Shown here: positions 60,682 to 64,000 of the stretch, in pieces
Position numbering within the stretch: the first letter of the stretch is position 1
Layout: the number at the start of each line of letters is the position of its first letter
Origin: Chloroflexota bacterium
GTDB lineage: Bacteria > Chloroflexota > Limnocylindria > Limnocylindrales > Limnocylindraceae
Direction: 5' to 3'
Assembly (NCBI GenBank): GCA_003670745.1
Contig: QWQR01000001.1
Span: forward strand, 3,265-67,264
Length of the DNA stretch: 64,000 nt
Program-made: the position numbers and the translations under genes
The notes under the pieces: generated by a model
Database searches by the model: none
Told to the model about the DNA's origin: nothing
What the model saw: the letters and a program-made list of their open reading frames with translations, nothing else

Positions 60682-61452
60682 TCACGCCATCACCTCGTCG
60701 AGAAAGCTTCGGCTGCGCGGCTCTCGTCCATAGAGGGCGAGGATAGAGCCTCGCAGCGCACGGTCGACCTCGAGGAGTGCGGCGGCGGGGAGACGCAGCG
60801 CCGCGAGCTCCTCTGGGGCGAAGCGGCGCAAGGCGCGGAGCAGGCGGAGCGCGTCGCTGCTGAGCGGTGCGCCCTCTCCGTGCGTCGCGCAACGAATGCC
60901 ACCCGCCTCAGCATCCCAGCGCAACTCCTCCCCCTCGAGTGGTGCTCGGCTGCAGTCGAGACAGGCGTCGAGTTCGGGGCCGTGCCCCGCGGCATCGAGG
61001 ATCCCGAGCTCTGTCCAGCGCGCGACGAGAAGGTCGGCGGCGCCCGATTCCAGCAGGTCCCAGGCGCGCAGCAACAGGTCGTAGAGCGCCGGCTCTGGCT
61101 GCTCCTCGCTCGTCGCGCGTTCGACGAGCTCCGCCGCGTACCAGGCGACGGCGCTGCTGCCGAGTCGACCGCGTAGGCCGAGCCAGACCCGCGCCGACTG
61201 GACCTGCGTCACCACGTCGAAGGTGCGCCCAGAGGCGAGGCCGAGGTGCAGTTCGGCGAACGGCTCCACCCCGCCGCCGAGGCGGCTGGAGGGCTTGCGT
61301 ACCCCCTTCGCGATCGCCTTGAACTTGCCGCGTTCTGGGGAGAGGAGGGTGAGAACGCGATCGGCCTCGCCGAGGCGGAAGCGCGAGGTGACGACCCCCG
61401 TAATTCGCGAGGTGCGGCGAAGCGCCATGGCGGCAGGGTACCATCGCAACAA
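60682..61452 (-). CDS. recO: DNA repair protein RecO
   Basis: 256 aa with an OB-fold N-terminus (GVVTSRFRLGEADRVLTLLSPERGK) and a Cys cluster (CLDCS...CATHG). An alternative ATG lies at 61428. Confidence 0.88.
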   Translation of the reverse strand: MLRWYPAAMALRRTSRITGVVTSRFRLGEADRVLTLLSPERGKFKAIAKGVRKPSSRLGGGVEPFAELHLGLASGRTFDVVTQVQSARVWLGLRGRLGSSAVAWYAAELVERATSEEQPEPALYDLLLRAWDLLESGAADLLVARWTELGILDAAGHGPELDACLDCSRAPLEGEELRWDAEAGGIRCATHGEGAPLSSDALRLLRALRRFAPEELAALRLPAAALLEVDRALRGSILALYGREPRSRSFLDEVMA

Positions 61453-61521
61453 CGAGATCGAGCCGCCGTGTTGGCTCTAATTGGCTGGCGGCGCAGTGGC
61501 TGACACGCGCGGAGGTGAGTA

Positions 61522-62574
61522 GTGAGCGAGCGCACAAGTGGAGGCGGCGGGGCAGATCTCGCCACCATGGATCTTGACGCGCTCGTTGCTGCGACCGACG
61601 CCGCGATCCTCTCTCTCCTCGCCGAGTGGGAGGAGCCGCTCACCGCCGCAATGTATGAGCAGGTCCGCTATCACATGGGCTACGCAGACCCCAACGCACG
61701 GCCAGGGAAGCGGATGCGCCCGCTCCTCGGGCTGCTCGCCTACTCCGCCCTCGCCCCCGATTGGGAGCGCGCCCTCCCTGGCGCCGTCGCTGTGGAGCTC
61801 GGCCATAACTTCAGCCTCATGCACGACGACATCGAGGACGGTGATCGCGAGCGACGCGGTAGGCCGACCCTCTGGGTGCGCGATGGCATCGCCCAGGCGA
61901 TCAATACCGGTGACGCACTCTTCACGGTGAGCAGGGTTGCCTTGCATAAACTCACCGCGCTCGGCTTCTCCGACGCGCGCGTGATTCGCTTGATGAAGCT
62001 CTACGACGAGACCTGCCTGCGCCTCTGCGAGGGGCAGTTCATCGACATCGCCGCAAGCGCGAAGAGCGAGATGCAGAGCGTCGAGCACTACTTCGAGATG
62101 ATCGGACGAAAGACCGCTGCGCTCATCTCGGGTTCAGTGGAATCAGGGGCGATCCTCGCGACCGACGACGAAGAGACGATCGCCCGCTTCCGCTCCTTCG
62201 GCTGGGCACTTGGCCTCGCCTTCCAGATCAACGACGACCTGCTCGGGATCTGGGGTGACGAGGCCGCTACTGGAAAGGAGCCCTCAGACCTTGCGCGCCA
62301 TAAGAAGACGCTCCCCGTGCTCTATGCGGTGGAGCACGCAACGGGGGAAGACCTTGCGACGATCACGCGCCTCTACGCAACCGAAGCGCCCGACGCGAGC
62401 CTCGTTGCAGCTGGCCTTGCCGTGCTCGAGCGGCTCGGCGCGCGCGAATACACCCGCGAGCAGGCGGCGCTCTGGCGCGAGCGCGCAGTGACCGAGATTC
62501 GCGCCGTTTCGGCGCTCAACCCACACGCCATCGCGCGCCTTGAGGAGATCATCGCCAAGGTGATCTCGGCGTAG
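61522..62574 (+). CDS. Polyprenyl (geranylgeranyl-type) diphosphate synthase
   Basis: 350 aa with the first Asp-rich motif LMHDDIEDGD and the second FQINDDLLGIWGD. Confidence 0.9.
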   Translation: MSERTSGGGGADLATMDLDALVAATDAAILSLLAEWEEPLTAAMYEQVRYHMGYADPNARPGKRMRPLLGLLAYSALAPDWERALPGAVAVELGHNFSLMHDDIEDGDRERRGRPTLWVRDGIAQAINTGDALFTVSRVALHKLTALGFSDARVIRLMKLYDETCLRLCEGQFIDIAASAKSEMQSVEHYFEMIGRKTAALISGSVESGAILATDDEETIARFRSFGWALGLAFQINDDLLGIWGDEAATGKEPSDLARHKKTLPVLYAVEHATGEDLATITRLYATEAPDASLVAAGLAVLERLGAREYTREQAALWRERAVTEIRAVSALNPHAIARLEEIIAKVISA

Positions 62575-62586
62575 AGCGCCCCCGAA

Positions 62587-63903
62587 CTAGCTCTCGGACT
62601 TTTCGGCGGTAGCGGCGGGGTTCCAGCGCACGCGCACCTTGCCGACGCGTCGACCGGCGACCTTGAGGACGGCGATCGAGAAGGGGGCGACGTCGATCGC
62701 GTCACCAACGACTGGGACGCGGCCGATGCGGTGATAGACGAAGCCGCCAAGGGTGTCGTACTCCTCGTCGTCTTCGAGTTCGAGTGGCGGATCAATCAAC
62801 TCGGTGAGCTGGTCGATGTCGGCGCGCCCGTCAAGAAGCACCTCGCCCGGAGCGACCTCAACGCGCATCGGCTCCTCCTCGTCGAATTCGTCTTGGATCT
62901 CGCCAACGATCTCCTCAAGCAGGTCTTCGATCGTCACGAGTCCTGCGGTGCCGCCGTACTCGTCGAGCACGATCGCCATGTGCACCTTGCGGCGCTGTAG
63001 CTCGTGAAGGAGGTCGTCAACCGACTGGGACTCGGGTGCGAAGAGCGCCGGGCGCATGATGTCAACGAGTCGCGGCCGTGGCCCGCCAGCAGCGATGATG
63101 CGGAGCAGGTCCTTCGCGTAGAGGATGCCGACGACGTGGTCGATCGACTCTTCGTAGAGCGGGGTTCGGCTGTGCCCCTCTTTGAGCACGATCTCCACCG
63201 CCTCGTCGAACGTGGCGCTCTTGTCGATCGCCACGATGTCGATCCGCGGGACCATCACCTCGTGCAACTTGGAGTCGCCGAGTGACATGACCGCGCCGAT
63301 CATCTGCTCCTCCTCGGCCTCGATCACCCCCTGCTGGCTCCCCTGCTCAACGATCAGTCGGATCTCGGCCGCCGAGAGTTCGGGGGAGCGCGTCGGGTCG
63401 ATGCCGAAGGGCTTTGAGATCAGTTTGGTGACGAAGACGAGGACCGCCACAAGGGGGCTCACGGCGCGCGAGAAGAGGGTGATCGGTGCGGCGGAGAGGA
63501 GCGCCATGCGGTCAGGGTTGGCGAGCGCGAAGCCCTTCGGGATCAGCTCACCGAGGACGATCTGGACGAGGGCAACGGCGAGCGTCACCACAAGGATCGC
63601 TACCGCTGGTGCACTCTCGCCGATGAACTCAATGGCGGCGAGTGGGGCAACGATGAGCTGCACGATCTCGACGGCAGCGACCGCTGAGGCGAGCGCGCCG
63701 AGGAAGGTGATCGCCACTTGGATCACGGCGAGGAATCGGCCTGGATCACGCAGGAGGCGCTGTGCCCGCTGCGCACGTCGATCCCCCTCCTCAGCGAGTT
63801 GGTCGATGCGCGAGCGGCGGACGGTGACGAAGGCGATCTCCGTCGCAACAAAGAAGCCATTCAACAGGATCAGCAACAGGATCAGGCCGAGATCGCCGAG
63901 CAT
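62587..63903 (-). CDS. CNNM/DUF21-CBS-CorC_HlyC family transporter-associated protein
   Basis: 438 aa with 4 N-terminal TM helices, a tandem CBS region and a C-terminal CorC/HlyC domain (GGFVYHRIGRVPVVGD). Confidence 0.88.
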   Translation of the reverse strand: MLGDLGLILLLILLNGFFVATEIAFVTVRRSRIDQLAEEGDRRAQRAQRLLRDPGRFLAVIQVAITFLGALASAVAAVEIVQLIVAPLAAIEFIGESAPAVAILVVTLAVALVQIVLGELIPKGFALANPDRMALLSAAPITLFSRAVSPLVAVLVFVTKLISKPFGIDPTRSPELSAAEIRLIVEQGSQQGVIEAEEEQMIGAVMSLGDSKLHEVMVPRIDIVAIDKSATFDEAVEIVLKEGHSRTPLYEESIDHVVGILYAKDLLRIIAAGGPRPRLVDIMRPALFAPESQSVDDLLHELQRRKVHMAIVLDEYGGTAGLVTIEDLLEEIVGEIQDEFDEEEPMRVEVAPGEVLLDGRADIDQLTELIDPPLELEDDEEYDTLGGFVYHRIGRVPVVGDAIDVAPFSIAVLKVAGRRVGKVRVRWNPAATAEKSES

Positions 63904-63906
63904 CGA

Positions 63907-64000
63907 CTACTCCTGCGGCTTTGCAGGCACGCCGAAGACGAGGGTCCCGTCGGGAACGTCGCGCGTGACGACTGATCCTGCACCGGTCTTCGCCCCAACC
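63907..64000 (-). CDS. Hexapeptide-repeat (left-handed beta-helix) acyltransferase, C-terminal fragment only
   Basis: Hand translation gives ...VGAKTGAGSVVTRDVPDGTLVFGVPAKPQE*, a typical LbH transferase C-terminus. The 5' part lies outside the window. Confidence 0.6.
   Translation of the reverse strand, partial: VGAKTGAGSVVTRDVPDGTLVFGVPAKPQE

Overview
This is a densely packed, high-GC (about 70% by eye) bacterial chromosomal segment, almost entirely conserved housekeeping operons, mostly on the minus strand.

Gene order, left to right:
- aminotransferase, gatA, gatC, ligA, pcrA (one tightly overlapped operon)
- groES-groEL with a CIRCE/HrcA operator
- tatD-metG, ssb, rsmI-nadE
- an orphan lipoprotein solute-binding protein, then gcvH-gcvT-NUDIX
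- acnA, tRNA-Val
- a 17-gene division/cell-wall (dcw) cluster: mraZ-rsmH-ftsL-ftsI-murF-mraY-murD-ftsW-murG-murB-ddl-ftsQ-ftsA-ftsZ-yggS-yggT
- RNase P RNA (rnpB, found by eye in a 550-bp 'gap')
- an RNase HI/PhnP-like metallo-beta-lactamase (MBL) fusion gene
- sdhCDAB, sucCD, methylmalonyl-CoA epimerase and mutase
- parAB, a hypothetical gene, tRNA-Asn
- a glucose-family phosphotransferase system (PTS) set (EIIC, EIIA, EIIB, HPr) directly appended to dnaG-rpoD
- an FNR-type reductase, glyQS, recO-crcB, a polyprenyl synthase, a CorC/HlyC transporter, and a partial hexapeptide acyltransferase

I found no CRISPR array, transposase, integrase, phage gene or recognisable defence island. I cannot honestly point to a convincing new multi-gene system.

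The most unusual locus is 38.8-40.7 kb. It holds an intact RNase HI domain fused to a PhnP/tRNase-Z-like MBL domain. That ORF has no canonical start codon: an ATA overlaps the sdhB TAA stop as 'ATAA'. The gene ends a few nucleotides before rnpB. A C-rich tract follows, then an mraZ promoter with phased GTGG boxes.

Secondary observations:
- the dcw cluster lacks murE and murC
- PTS genes are coupled to rpoD, with a structured Shine-Dalgarno (SD)-sequestering leader upstream of EIIC
- the SSB lacks the canonical C-terminal tip
- the ParB is atypical and no parS site is visible
- a small unrecognisable ORF sits next to tRNA-Asn

The many long R/A/G/P-rich ORFs antisense to real genes are GC-driven artefacts. 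Start sites are inferred from conserved N-termini and SD motifs; they are not verified.
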